This document shows, one piece after another, positions 1-13,807 of a stretch of 64,000 nucleotides of DNA; positions within the stretch are counted from its first letter, which is position 1, and each line of letters opens with the position of its first letter. The stretch comes from Azolla caroliniana. Lineage: Eukaryota > Plantae > Polypodiophyta. Location: assembly GCA_043228905.1 (NCBI GenBank), contig JBHGNT010000002.1:25234001-25298000 (forward strand), written 5' to 3'. Under the pieces are notes generated by a model that saw nothing but the letters and a program-made list of their open reading frames with translations, had not been told where the DNA came from and ran no database searches. Position numbers and translations under genes: made by a program.

Positions 1-210
1 TCTTCATGGTTTTCTCTAGAGAGAGTGTATGTGTATGTGATCCACACCACTGAAAGAGACAGAGAGGGGGGGGGAGAGAGAGAGGAGGGGAGGGGTGGGT
101 GGGGTGGGGGGTCAATGGGGATGATGATGATGAAGCAGAAGGGCAGAAGTGAAGAGGAGGTCTGAAAGGATTTGGGTCTGATGCATCCTTCCGAAGCGGC
201 CGTGGGTGTG

Positions 211-253
211 GTTAGGGTTAGGGTTAGGGTTAGGGTTAGGGTTAGGGTTTAGG
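211..253. repeat. Short (TTAGGG)n tract ending in TTTAGG
   Basis: About six TTAGGG units read directly. On the minus strand they encode Asn-Pro repeats within a 58-aa ORF (288-112). Confidence 0.85.
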
Positions 254-345
254 AGCTGGAGGGCAGCAGAAGAAGAAGAAGAGGTCATGGCCGAGAGAGA
301 AAGGGAGGGGGTGGGGGGATGAATCTATGAAGAAATCATGAGTGC

Positions 346-378
<33 letters not shown>

Positions 379-826
379 CTTTGGTTCTTCTTCTTCTTCT
401 TCTTCTTCTTCTTCTGCTGCTTCTTCTTCTGGTTTTACCTGCTTTTTTTTCATTTATTTACTTTGAGGTTATGAGAGATGGCGTGGTGGTTGTTGAGAGA
501 GAGAGAGAGAGAGAGAGAAGCAGGGGAGAGACGAGAATCGAGAAGGAAGAGAGAGTGGTGGTGATGATTGATAGCGATGGCGATGGCGATGGCGATGGTA
601 TTGTCCGCCTCGTGTGAAACCTGCATCTTCCCGCACGTGCCTCCTTTGCCTTTTTGTTTGCTTACTCTTAAGGGGGTGGTGTGTGTGTGTGTGTGTGTGT
701 ATGTGTGTGGATAGCGTGCACACGAAGATTTTCAAACCACCAAACATACAAAGAATAAGTAAAGATTTTCCATTACACATAATTTAGTCTTATAGAACAC
801 ATATAGATTTATTAGGTTTAGGGTTT

Positions 827-879
<53 letters not shown>

Positions 880-1019
880 AGAAAGAAAGAAAGAAAGATA
901 TATTAACGTCTTCTAAGGCCAAATTTGGCCCATGAGATAATTGGTTTACAACAAAATGAGTATTTATCCAGTCAATCATAACTAAAATAAAATAAAGTAA
1001 ACATAGAGAGAGAGAGAGA

Positions 1020-1310
1020 GAGAGATGTGAGGACATAGATACCTCATTGGAGGTGTGTACATATATGATAGAGAGAGAGAGAGAGAGAGAGATCTAGGGA
1101 CATATAGATACTTCAATGTGTGTGAGTGTGTGTGTGCGTGCACGCGCACACACATGAGAGAGATCTAGTGACATAGATACCATGATGGGGACTCTCTGTA
1201 TGAGATCGAGAGAGCGAGAGAGATGTGGGGACATAGATACCGCAATAGGTGTGTGTGTGTGTGTGATAAAGAGAGAGAGAGAGATCTCAATGACATAGAT
1301 ACCGCAATAA
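1020..1310. repeat. Minisatellite with a GACATAGATACC core separated by GT/GA microsatellites
   Basis: The core recurs near 1031, 1100, 1170, 1230 and 1292, at about 60-70 bp spacing. Confidence 0.75.
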
Positions 1311-3672
1311 CTTTCTCTCTTCTCCATCTTCCTCATCCGACCTCCAATGTTGCTCTATACTCGATCCCTCTTAGTGGCGCTCTGATGCAATAGAACATGC
1401 TAATCATGGCTGCAGAGTCGGGGTTCATGGTTGAGATGCACAATTACGGCCATGGCGGAAGTTGATAAAGGGAAGGCATCTATCAAATGAAGTGTCCACC
1501 TTTAACAACCTACACAAGCCAGACAAGCAAAAACCTCAAGATCTATGGTGCAAACTTCATTACTAGTTTCTATAGAGATTATGCATAAACGTACATTGTA
1601 CAAAATTGTTATATGTCGATGCAACTTTTATAAAGATTGGTCTATTTTAGATAGCACGCTCTAAATATTGATATATGTGCAACCCACACAAGCGTCATAC
1701 TCGATGAGATTTTATGGGATTGAAATTCCTAAAGTAGACAAGCTCAAACCTTAAAGCATTGGGAAGCTCAAAAATTATTTTGATGTCCTAATTTCATGGA
1801 TGAGGGATTCCTTTTATGTTAATAATGCTTTCAAGAATAGATATCAAGAGTAAACTATTACACCAAGGTAGCGAGGTCGACTTTAAAATTTATAAATGTC
1901 CCATTTCTTAGCTTCTTAAATTTGTTTCATTAAAATTTGTATAACCCGTAAGGAGTTCTTGAAGTATTGTCATGTGTGGACTATTGATACGAGTGGGACA
2001 CTAGGACTCAAGGAGTGCATCGCCGCACTCCAAATTTGTGCAAGATGTATTGTATGATGTTGCTTATTTACAAGGCAAAGTATTGCTCACTCTACAAAAT
2101 TGCCTTGGTCCTAACAAAAATGTGACATTGTGTCTCTTATTTTTGTTCATGGATTGATCCCCAAGTTTCATGTATGTGCCAAGGAGTATAAAGTACTACT
2201 GAAACAACACAAGGTTCCCCTTTGAAGTACCTTGCATATTATCAAATTAATTAATGAGATATTACCCAATAAAACTAAGGTATATCATCCAATAAACCTG
2301 AGGTAATGTGAGTTGGCATGAAGTCCTCTTGCTTAATTGAGGTATGATTATGCTCGTAATAACATAATCTATGCATTTAAGACTCCAAATTGGCAGCTGA
2401 AATCATTCAACACATTGTTGGTATCACTCTACCAACTAGCACCATCCATAATGTCATCATTCTTTTAATTTCTACTTAAGTTTGAACATCATAAATTGCT
2501 TGTGATTGTAATTATCCAATATAGCAGTTGTTCGTCTGTCATATGATCATTTAAATCTTCAAGAGTGACTTGAGCTCTTGGGGTTTCAACCATATCAAAC
2601 CAATAGGGTATAGTTCCCTTGATTCAACATTTAGAGCAAAAGGCATCACCCAGCAAAGACAAGTAACCAATCCAACGAACACCAAAACTTTACTATAATG
2701 GGAAATTCTCATAATAATTGTTTTAATGGCTGGAGACTTACATTGTTTAACAAGCCACTAAATCTAAATCTATATGGAAAGATAGTGAATTCAACAAGCC
2801 AAAAAATGTGTATGGGACTTACTACTGCGTGTAGCAAACCAATGAATATATGTGTATATATATAATCAGTATGTAAAACAATATTGTCAAATGCCTTCAA
2901 AAGATATGAATACGTTGAAACAAGATGAAAGTTGCAAACCTAGCTTGATAAGGTAGCTGCTTCAAAAACTATTTGAACGTTTTGATAACGATACACAAAA
3001 TATGCGCAATAAGTTTGCATGAGATTGCACTTTAAATCCATATAATGGCTTGATAACCCGTGACAGTTGTAGCAATAGAACTTTACCTTGGCCAAGATTA
3101 TATATAGAAGCAATTCTTAGCTCACATCTCAATGTGACATACCACTCAGCATTTGCTACGAGATTACAACTCTTCTGTACATTATCTTTCAATCCAGCAA
3201 AGAATTACCTCTTGGTGCATAACAAACATTGACCACAAGAAACAACTTAGACTTCTCATTTGTTTTACCTCTTGCTTATGCTTTTAATTTCCATTCACAC
3301 TAGAAACCAACTAATCCCCTAGCTCATATTTAAAGCATGGTGAATATCATAACTGAAGTTTTTTTTATGTCACATGGTTGCATCTCATTTTGCATCAATT
3401 ATTTCAGGTCAATTTCATTAGACAAGCCACTAATCTATGATTGGTTACTAAGTATTTCAACTGAAATAGCACCACATAACTGATGCTTTGCATCAGACAA
3501 ATGCATGTCATTTTCAATTACCGATGAAACCATAATACCATATGCTGTGTTGCCGTCTTCTCTTTCTATAGCTTATGGACAAACACCAAGCTCATTTTCA
3601 ATGACCAATGAAAGCAGCATGTTATCTATTGAATTTCCAGTTATTTCTTGAGATTTCGGACACACAGTACGC

Positions 3673-6600
3673 TCATTTTTGAAGACCAACAAAACCGGCA
3701 TTACCAGATAGCGAATCACTACCACTGCCACCATTTCCATCAGAGGGAAAATCACTGAAATTCAGAGAACTGGTCGATACCAAGTCTGTTTGATGGGTTT
3801 CAGGCACAACGCTAGTTTCCAACAAAGTATCTCCTGTACCAGCATAAGGCCTATTCATTAAGACGCTATATTCTATGGATGAATTCTTCAATATTTGCGA
3901 TGCTTTTCCACTTGTCATCTGAAGACGTACATGTTGCCTTTGTACCTCACTACTTGCATCAACAGGTTGCCCAAGTGAGAGTAGATCTCCACCGATATGG
4001 AAATGTCTATATGATTGAGATTGACGCTTCATCTCAATGTTTCCATGATTTGTACCATTATGTATGGGCAACCCAAGAGCAAGGCGTGTACATACAGATT
4101 CCTCGCCAACAATATGTGTCTCTGGTAAGGTTTCAATCCTACTTTGCATCTTACAAGACATGGACAGATTGTCAACCATTAAATCCCTTGGTATGTAACT
4201 CGAATGATTCACACTATCACTTGCATGTTCAGAAATGGAGGTAAAAGTTTTAGATTCCATCATCTCCTGGTATAAGTCTGAACCTTTAATATTGACTCGA
4301 TCACTGCAGAACGTACCCTGTAATGCTTTGGAAATAAAAACTTGGTCAGCCAATAGTTCCCTTTCATTAAAGGCATGGTTTACTGCTGTCCGATAATCTC
4401 GGGCAACACTGTCTCTCAATGAGTGTTCCATAGCCAAGGCACCACTTCCTATAGACTCCTTGCTCTCCTGAATACTTGGAGCAGCAACGATTTGGACTTG
4501 GCTTCCCTCTCTGTCTTGTGCAAAGGAAGTCTGCAATGATTGATCCTCCACGGTCAAAGGTTGGGTGCAATCAGAATCCTTGCACTGTGAAAGAAGATTT
4601 ATATCTAAGATTTCAGCCTCCCTTGTTTTTGAATTGGCATCAGTTACCAGAGAGTTCTTTAATGAATTTTCTGTCTCTGATTTCATAACATCTACTGGAA
4701 CTTTAGATACATCAAACGAGGGTCTAGACAATTTCCGCCTTAGCTTTGTTGGTGGCTGATCATTACTTTCTTCACCGTGGTTGTTATTCAATCTTCTTCG
4801 CTTGAATCGAATTGCAAACTCTTCTGTGGAATGATTCTCCACTAGAAGATCAGATCTACAATGATTACCACCACCATTTGTAATATCTGACTTCCCTTTA
4901 AAAGGTTCTTTAGGTGTCCTTACTGGTGACGGTGAAATGGCCAGAGTAGAATACCCCACTGAAACTGAGCTTAAGAGAATGTTTTCCTTCTCTTCACCAT
5001 AGCACGTACCCATTAGTGACTTTGGGCATGCAGAGATTCTTGACCAGACAGACCTATCATTGGATCCCATTGATTCGTTACCAAGCATTAAATTCAACCC
5101 ATCATATTTTTGCTCCATCAAACGTTTATTTAGTCCAGTATCCCCAGTATGATGAGAATATGTTCCAAAATCAAAGCCATTACTGATATGGCATGTTTTA
5201 TTTGAATGTGTACCCAGGTATTGGTGGCCACTGATCTGCCGATAATCAAGGACTCCAGATTGTAATGGACTGAGGCAGCCTGCAGTAAATGCTATAAAAC
5301 CAGATTTTCCAACGAAATACTCACAAGTTTAGTATACCTGATCAAATATTATTGTTACCTGGGAGAGCCTGATAGTTTGTATGAGACAACTGAGTGTCTA
5401 GTAATTGTTCATCTAATCCTAGAGAATACCTATTGGGAATGCAGAGTTCATGCTCTGGCACATTATGCACTTCAGGATAGATTTCAGTAGTATATTTTTT
5501 CAGGAACAACCTGCAAAGGTGGGAGACCTACCATGATGACCCAGAATCAAAAGTTAGAATATCAAAGATCTTATAGTTGGTGTGAGTTTAGAGAACATTC
5601 TACTTACTTGATCTTGAGATAGATGGATATGGAACTTATTTTTCTCATAATAATTATCCCTGATAGCTTTACCAAACTCGTCCTCTTTCAAAGAGAAATA
5701 TTCACCGATTGGTTTCACACGAACCTACAGGATGGAAGGCATCCACAATGCATAGCATTCGGTGAGTGGATCAGATTACACAAACCACCATGTCAAAAAA
5801 CTATGCTGGGTGGTATATATAGAAATTTACAATCTCAAACAACCTTACACAGAATCATATAGCAGAAACCATAATCTCAAAAGCCCTAACATGGAGTCAT
5901 TAAAAATAGCATTATCTCAAACAATCCTAACATGGAGTCCTATTACAAAAAGTGATCCAAAATAATCTTAACCTGGGCTTGCATAAGAAAATGCATCAAT
6001 GCATAATCTGAAACAACTCCAACAATGAGGTATGTAATGGTTATACAATGTCTTCAAAATATCCTAACATGCAATCAGACTGCATAAACCATGGTATGAA
6101 ACAAGTCTACCTTACATCAATGTAGAAATACACAAATTATCAAAACACATGCCCAGAAACATCTGGATATAAACAAAAGAAAGATTGAAAGGAAACGTTG
6201 GGGGTGAGAAATAATATCCATACCATAGAACAAAAACCATAGTGTCAAATAATTTTTATACCAAAATCATGTTGCGAAACAAATCTAACTGCGCATCATG
6301 TGTCGTTGACCACAATCTCAAACAAACCTGGCAGTTAAAATATATGCAGACATACGCTATATAGTAATAACATAGGACTAACCATGTCCAATCGAACGAC
6401 ATATCAATATAACATTAAGTAGTCAAGTCAAACAGTCCTATTAATTGAAATAAATGTATTATGTGGTGACACTGGATTATACGCATAATGCCGAAATGAG
6501 AAGCTAAAACATTTAAGTCACAAAACAGAAAAGAAAAAAGAAAAAAAGCAACGAAGATGAACCTGACAAGGAAACGATCTTCCTGAGTAAGCATCAGGAA

Positions 6601-6865
6601 CAATATTCATGGCACCGTATGAGGTAGCTTCAAAAACTCCCCACAGCTCTCTTTTCTCAAATTCGAACAAGAAAAGCTTCATACCAGGAACGATTTGCTT
6701 GACGAGTTCTATGTTTTTGACGGGGAGGCCGAAAAGAAGAAGATCAAGACACTCTTTCTTTGTTCTTCTGTTACACATGAAGATCGCGCCAGAAAGGGAA
6801 ATGTTAGGGTTAGGTCCGAGTCTGCTGCGTATCGACCTGCTAGAGGTTTGTGCTTCCATCCCCAT
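3673..6865 (-). CDS. DCD (development and cell death) domain protein, 4 exons (6865-6563, 5724-5608, 5527-5359, 5279-3673), about 731 aa
   Basis: Exon 1 encodes GAIFMCNRRTKKECL..LFGLP..PGMKLFLFEFEKRELWGVFEATSYGAMNI..FPCQ. Exon 2 encodes VRVKP..LKEDEFGKAIRDNYYEKNKF..LSQDQ. Exon 3 starts VSHLCRLF, completing the DCD domain. All three introns are GT-AG and their phases join in frame to the 482-aa ORF 3673-5121. Confidence 0.88.
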
Positions 6866-7266
6866 GTGTGTGTAGTTTTTTCTTCTGATCCTGGACCCTG
6901 TTTCTGTTTCTGTTTCTGATGCTCCTTTATTCTTTTTCTTTTTCTTTTTCTTCTTCTTCTTCTTCTTCTTCTTCTTCTGATCACTTCCGACTCCGTTAAT
7001 TCCTGTGGTTCCGATTCTTCTTCTGATGATGAGGATGATGTTTTTTTTTTGTTTCTTCGGCTACTGATTTCAGATCATGAAGGGTTTCCCCAACCTCGCC
7101 TGCTGCGTCTGTGGGTGGCTATGGCAGGCTATGGCAGGAGCAGAAGAAGGCATGAAGTTTTAAAAACAGAAGAAAGAGAGGGGATGAAGATGATGAAGGC
7201 GATTGTGAAACACTTTATTTATTTACACAAAATGCCCCTCCTCTCATTTTTGACGAAATTCTCAGT

Positions 7267-7304
<38 letters not shown>

Positions 7305-7392
7305 GTTGCTGCTAATGAAGCACTCCATGAGATTTTACCGCACAATATAGATATTGGTGGACAACATAAAAGAAGATGAGATTGTAGAGGTG

Positions 7393-7522
7393 GAGATGCC
7401 ACGTAAGGAAATTTTTAAGTCGTTTTCCATGTTGTTGCATGAGAGAGGCATTATATGGTGGAGATGCCACACCACGTAAGGGAATTTTTAAGGCGTTTTC
7501 CATGTTTCATGAGAGAGGCATT
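7393..7522. repeat. Imperfect tandem duplication, about 68-bp unit
   Basis: GAGATGCCAC..GTAAGG.AATTTTTAAG.CGTTTTCCATGTT..CATGAGAGAGGCATT occurs twice. Confidence 0.8.
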
Positions 7523-7919
7523 CTTTGCTTCTTTACGGGGAAAAATCCTTTGGTACATTGGGTGGCGCAATGGCTAAATGCAATGGTAGGTGCGAATAGT
7601 GTGGAAGATGTGTATAAGGATCCACGAGGGTTGTTTTTCTAACCAAAGCATAGTGGGATAGATTATTATGATGTGCGCCGGTCTTTTATAATAATAATTT
7701 AGTATATATTGTCCCTTGGAGACCACTAGCCAAGTTTTACAAAATTTTGAAACAAAAGTGTCCAAGATGAGTGGAGGTAGAGTGTAAATTTTCCTTTTAA
7801 TGGCCTATAATTTAGGGTGTAATGGAACAATTGGGAAAGGTGATGGTAGCCCCAAATGCCAAAGCATATAATAGATATAGCCTTATAGGTTATGTATGCT
7901 ATGGAATACAACTAAAAAT

Positions 7920-8070
7920 CTCTCTCTCTCATAAGTAACTTACCCTAGTGGTAAATCGTTTATACTACTAGCATCTCTCTATAACTCCATAGATATCTCT
8001 CACTTCACTAGATGCCACCGTGGAATGTAGGGGTTAAACCCATGACCACATGATCTCCATTGGGCAACCT
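7920..8070 (-). mobile_element. Degenerate copy of a tRNA-derived SINE-like repeat
   Basis: Similar to 27841-27896 joined to 43194-43340, i.e. an uninterrupted copy of the repeat split by the chromovirus. Confidence 0.55.
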
Positions 8071-8103
8071 CTCTCTCTCTCTCTCTCTCGCTCTCTCTCT
8101 CTC

Positions 8104-8730
8104 GTTTATTTTAGGCATTACTTTGTCATACGAGGTCCGATTTTGACAACCTATGACTTGAATCGAAGCTCACAACAAGATCTAAGAAGTTTAGTTATGT
8201 AGTCTCATAGTTCATATTTGACCTTCGACGACGATAATATAATCTCTCTCTCTCTCACCGCATTATACATAATCCCTATGTTGCACCTAACTACTACGTA
8301 CCATGTCTTTCGTTGAATGACGAAACCCACACACATCAATACATGCTAGAGCCCATCCCGTTGTTTGCCATCCCAAAGTATTCCTTCCATATGATTTAGC
8401 TCAAACCCACTACGATGCGAGACAACACGGATTGAAACACAAGTGATGAGAGTAATCATTGTCTATGCACACTTTGCCCTAAAACAAGCTCAAGAGTCAT
8501 GGTATCACACTTTGACACACAAAATGCTTTGCCTTTAATAATCTATAACCATGCCTTGACCAAACCCAATCCTTGCACACATTTCTCTTTGTGATCACAA
8601 TGTGTGCACACTCGATTGTGAAATTCATTAATAAGTTCTTGAACGTTGAGAGTCTCCGGTCACTTTCACATATATTATGTGAAAATGGTTTTCATGTTTG
8701 ACCTCCAAAGACATAATATAATCTCTCTCT
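8104..8730 (+). mobile_element. Two degenerate 3-prime fragments of the LINE family at 17542-19030
   Basis: 8340-8640 aligns by eye to the reverse complement of about 17640-17940 (TAGAGCCCATCCCG, AAGTGATGAGAGT, CTATGCACACTTTG). Both fragments end in ATAATATAAT followed by (CT)n, near 8243 and 8722. Confidence 0.75.
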
Positions 8731-10299
8731 CACGTTTTCCTGACAAAGATAGGAAGGAGCACCGTGCATTCATTTTGACCCAATCACGAGTCTCCCTAAT
8801 CCATTGCGTATCACTTTACGTACATCGTACATGGACCAAACTATCATTGTATAGGTGAAATGCGCATTTGCCCTTACAAGCCCCCCTCCCCTTGAGCAAT
8901 GAGAACTTGCCTCTAGAACCCTTGATTGAGCATTCAAAAAGAAAAAGATCATTCCACATTTGCCACCATCTTATACATTAATGGACTCTTAACACAAACC
9001 AAAAAATTGTTGAGAAGGCATTCCTCACTCTATTGAGCAAACACAAGTTGGAAAGGGGAGTTTTTTAATGCTTGATTAAAGAAGGCCATACCACATTCAT
9101 AAAGTATCCAAATCGATCTTATTGCTGAAACAACCCATAAATTGATGTTGGCTATGTTTTTATAAATTGTGCCAAAACAAAATATTCCTTCGTTGCACAT
9201 GATCCACCACTACTATAACCCTCCAAATAAATACCTAGATTTTAAAGGAAAACGAGAGCAGTTGGCCAATTGCACCACATTTTGCCATCAACTATTAGAC
9301 CTCATGATTCTCCATTCGTTACTAATCCCTTTTGCCATCCATGCATGCCTTTGAATTAGTTTGTCTTTATTTTGACATGGTTTTTTTGTTTGCATATGTC
9401 CGATTAGTCTTCTTTGGGACCGTATATTGGTATTATATTTTAACTAAGCCCAAATTTCCATATGGTTATGTTATGCTCAATTAGAGTATTTATCCTCCCA
9501 TCCCAAAAGACAAGATATTGTCATCACCTCTAATTATAGAGAATTTATGGTTTCTCTTTAAGATGGGGGTATAAATCTAAGAAGTCCAATACACTATGCC
9601 AAGGGACCAATAAATGGTGATTTTCTTTCTTGTTCAATAATGTGAATGACATGGAGGATATGACTTTGTGTAGGGGGAGCTATTTCACCTTCTGAAATGG
9701 AGAACACAAATTTGTCCATGGGGCTATTTTATGTAAAACAAAATGGAGGGATTGTTTCTAATGTTTGCCCGTAGTAACAAAGAACAAACATAGTGACTAT
9801 TTTTCATTCTTTTGCAGGTTGAGGATTGCATCATTTCCACATACCAACATGTTCCATATATGTGCATTAAATGTAATATTTATAAATAACATGTGATCTG
9901 TTAGAGTACACTAGCATATTCTTTACATTGGCCCCCTAAGTAAAGATAAACGTTAAATTAGTGTTATAGTATGGTAACAATAATGTTTCCAACCTCCGGG
10001 TTGTGAGCTCCAAGTTTCTCTATCTTGTTTTGATTTGTTTGTTACTTGTACATTTTACATTTGTCGAAAAAAATGTAATGGATATTTTTCGTCCTTTTGC
10101 AAATGGAGGAGTGCATCCTTTCAATGTTACGAGCTTCTACCTTGTTCTAATTTCGTTGTTACTTATACTTTTCATGTATATGCCAATAAGCGACATGTGA
10201 CTCCATGGAATACATTAATATATTCATAGGTTAGCTTCTTGGAAAAAACAATTGTTTCAATATTATCTTAAGGTAACAACATTGTTTTAAACCTTCAGG

Positions 10300-11700
10300 T
10301 TATGGAGCCCGAGTTTGGCTATTTTGTTTTAATTTGGTTAAAATGGTACATCTCATGGTTGTGCATTGAATAGAATGTTGATAAGTAACGTGATCCGATG
10401 AAATCCACTAGTAGAATCCTTACTTTACCTGTAGGATAAAAAAATATTTTGTAGTGAGTTTGTGAAGATGCAACCAAACCCAAAGCTTGGGTGGGTTGCA
10501 AAGGAGTAAAACAAATCTTTGGGTTGCTTTATTGTGCATAGAGCCTTGCCGGTAGGGACATGGAGTAAAGTCTCCAATGTAGACCCTAGATGTAGTGCAT
10601 GTGGACAGCTAGAAAGCATTTCCCATTGTCTATGGGAATGTCACGAGGCAATGGTTGTATGGGGAAGGGCATTATGATTGCTATGCCATACCTCTAGCTC
10701 ATTTACCCTCAATGGGGACATGCTTGTTGGATCTGTCTTGACGATGACGTGGATAAAATTGATAGCGCATGCAAAGCAATGTACAAAGGGTAGAATGGAA
10801 CTATTCGATTGATCATTGATATGGCACCTACAATTAGTGCACAGAAGCAAAAAATTGGAGATCTATGAATGTTGTTTGCACCCATTACCATATGGTGCAT
10901 ATGGACGGCAAGATGTACCAAGGTATTTTTCAGCAAACAAACGACCTCTAATTGAATCTATTAAGCTAATATGACACATATTAATAACTACATTGAGGGC
11001 ACAATATGAACAGATTGATGGAACATATGATGCTTCAGAACTAATGAGGCTAAACTTTAGAAAATGTTTGTTGTACTACACCAATGGCTGTAGAAATTGG
11101 AATGGATATACGTTGGCAGTGCGTAGTACCCATATGGTTGTTCCCCCCCTCCCATTAGATGAAAGAGGGGCGTGAATGACATGAGATACATAGAAAACAA
11201 ACATGTGAGCTAGTGAATGTAGGTGATGTGCAATATAAATAAGTGATGGGACGACTTTGGTTATAAAAGCACAAGAGGTTTTTTTCTCCACCATCGACAA
11301 TGTCCACTTAACTCCTATCAATGCCAAATCTCAAGTTGTATTGGAATTGGTCAGCCCAATAACTCTTTGGATTCTATGGAAACAACGGTGTACATGGGGC
11401 TTCTCCAACCAAACTGTGCAGCCAATAGTGTTAATGCAAGAGATATGGAGTGAAGTGGTAGCCACTCTAAAGAGTCAATATGATGGCCTCAAGGGTGACT
11501 CCGATGGAGTTGAAAGACAACGACTAGCCTTCATCCAATAATGGTCGTCCTCCCCCTTTATTGAGTCGGTGGGCATCCACATAAGATGGACCTATCGTGT
11601 CCCTACAAGGATTTGTATATACTAATCTCATCTGTAAATTTTTTTATAACTAATGGAAGGAGTTTTTTTTTGGAAAAAAAAGAAAAAAGAAGAAGATAAA
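10300..11700 (+). mobile_element. Degenerate L1-type LINE 3-prime region (zf-RVT) with A-rich tail
   Basis: Translates to VHRALPVGTW..RCSACGQLESISHCLWEC, then ITIWCIWTARC and ITLWILWKQRC. An A-rich tract lies near 11674-11690. There are multiple stops. Confidence 0.65.
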
Positions 11701-12825
11701 TAAGTGATATCGCCCATATAGAAGTAAGCAAGGACTACCCGATAAGGGGACTAAAGTTGTGTACTGAATGACATTTTAACTAATGGAGTATATTCTTTTT
11801 TGAAAAAAAAACTTTAAACAAACTTTGGGTTGCTTATGGCGAATTTGTAATGGAATGCAAAAAAGTGAATGGTAAAGATCATTAACATGTGTCGTGGAAA
11901 ACAAATTTATCAGGAGCATTATCCTAAGCTACTATTGTTTTTCAACAGGCGGGTTGTGGAAAGTGAAAATTTAAAGGGCCACTAGCTCAAAAGTTAACAA
12001 TATTATTCTTTTCATCATAGCGAGTGAATTGGTAAAACCTTTTGGTTATAGATGGTGAATTGTAAAATGTCACAAGAAGTAAATTGTGGTGGTGTGTTAG
12101 CTTGGGATGTTGAAAGGGAATTGGTAAATGAGCTTGTTGTTTTCAACCCCAATCCCTTTTTTATGTAGTTGAAAAGGAACTCGTCAAAATCCATATTTTT
12201 AGGAGAATTTCGTGGGTTGTTGAAAGTAAACATGTAAAGCCATATTTTTAGGTTAGAAATTTGTTTGTTTGATCATGAATGCACCATCAAAATCTTAATG
12301 ATTTCTTGATACTTGAGCCCTTAAACTTAGGTTATTTACAAATCTACACGATTTCCGAAATGATCATGTATGGAACATCAAGACCGTGTTGCATGAGACT
12401 TGAAGCATACACAATTTTAAGTTTCAAAAAGTACAAGCTCTAAGGCTATTTTCATCCATTTAGATCTAATAAATCTCCAAAAAATAAGCCGATGAATCTA
12501 CAATTGATAATGTTGCGCCAAATTGTTTGGAAATATGTGCAATGACATCACTTAGAATCTAGACCTAATCAAGATATTTCACAATTGCAAATATCTCATA
12601 TTATGGATAACTACCTTTACATTCATAAGAAGTTTGATCAATTTGTAGACCTGATGTGAATAATGTGCTACAAAAATGATGCCTTGTTTTGATTCAACTA
12701 AATACATATATTCCCAAAAAATTGTCAAGGGACACTTGTGGCGTTATATAAAGGTATTGTGATGTATACATTTTATGATGTTAGGTATACCTCCCTCATT
12801 GTGTTTTAACAACATTAATGTCTTG

Positions 12826-12870
<45 letters not shown>

Positions 12871-12920
12871 TATACGTATTATAAAGAATCGGGAGTGACT
12901 CTATGCACTAGAAGAGATGT

Positions 12921-12986
<66 letters not shown>

Positions 12987-13807
12987 ACAATGTATAAAGA
13001 AAACAAGAAAACTATATTAACAAGAAGCAAGAATGAACCAACGATTACAAAGAGAAGGAGAAGGTGCTTATGTGGGCACCTTCTCTATAAGTTCTCTCAC
13101 TAGAACCGCATCTTGGGAAAGATGTGGAGTCTTAACTATTTATGAAATATGTGCCATAGAACTTAAACTTCTATGACACACTAGTTACTATATACTAGGA
13201 GGTGGGGTGTTCACACACTTGAGATATTAAGGTGTGTTCCCACATTGGGAAGTTGAGTTTGATTCTCAACACGCCCCCTCAAACACAACTTCCGGTCGCT
13301 GGATAGTTGGTTCGGATTGGTCTGGTTTCGGCTTCGATAGTGAATGGCCGACTCACTCCTGTGTTCATTCGACGTTGTGTTAGATGGCTCCTTATCCTTA
13401 CTCCCCCTCAAGCTCGGCTAGTCAGTGGTCGAAAGATCGAGGTTCGTTGTGAACTGCTGCAACTTGTAAGCTCTAAGGACCTTCGTGAAGATGTCGATTG
13501 TTTGTAGATTCGTATTGATGTGTTGCAAGTTGACATCACCGGCCAATGCACGCTCTCAATGAGCTTAGTTCGAGCATAAAAGATTGGATTCTGAGCCAGA
13601 TGGATAATACTCATACTGTCGCAATAAAGGAGAATTGGATCCATGATGGGAACACTTAGATCCTTCCAGATTCTTTTCAGCCAAATGACTTTGCATGTGG
13701 CGACGATCACGCCCCTGTATTCGGCTTCTGTGCTTGACAATGGGACTGTTGGCTGCTTCTTGCTGTTCCATGATATGGCTCCACTACCGAGGGAGAAGAC
13801 GAAGCTC

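Noticed and set aside
211-253. Telomere or chromosome end
   Set aside because: Only about six units, interstitial, and not the plant TTTAGGG array.
1020-1310. CRISPR-like repeat-spacer array
   Set aside because: Eukaryotic context, a 12-bp core, microsatellite spacers and no cas genes.
342-1336. Short ORFs rich in ER, LL, HT and SL repeats
   Set aside because: They are translations of GA, CTT and CA microsatellites.
1400-3500. Possible TE or exon remnants
   Set aside because: No motif or consistent frame could be recognised.
6709-7160. Arg/Lys-rich N-terminal extension of the DCD gene
   Set aside because: In the DCD frame there is no ATG before a stop at 7061. The other frames come from an AAG repeat, so this is probably 5-prime UTR.
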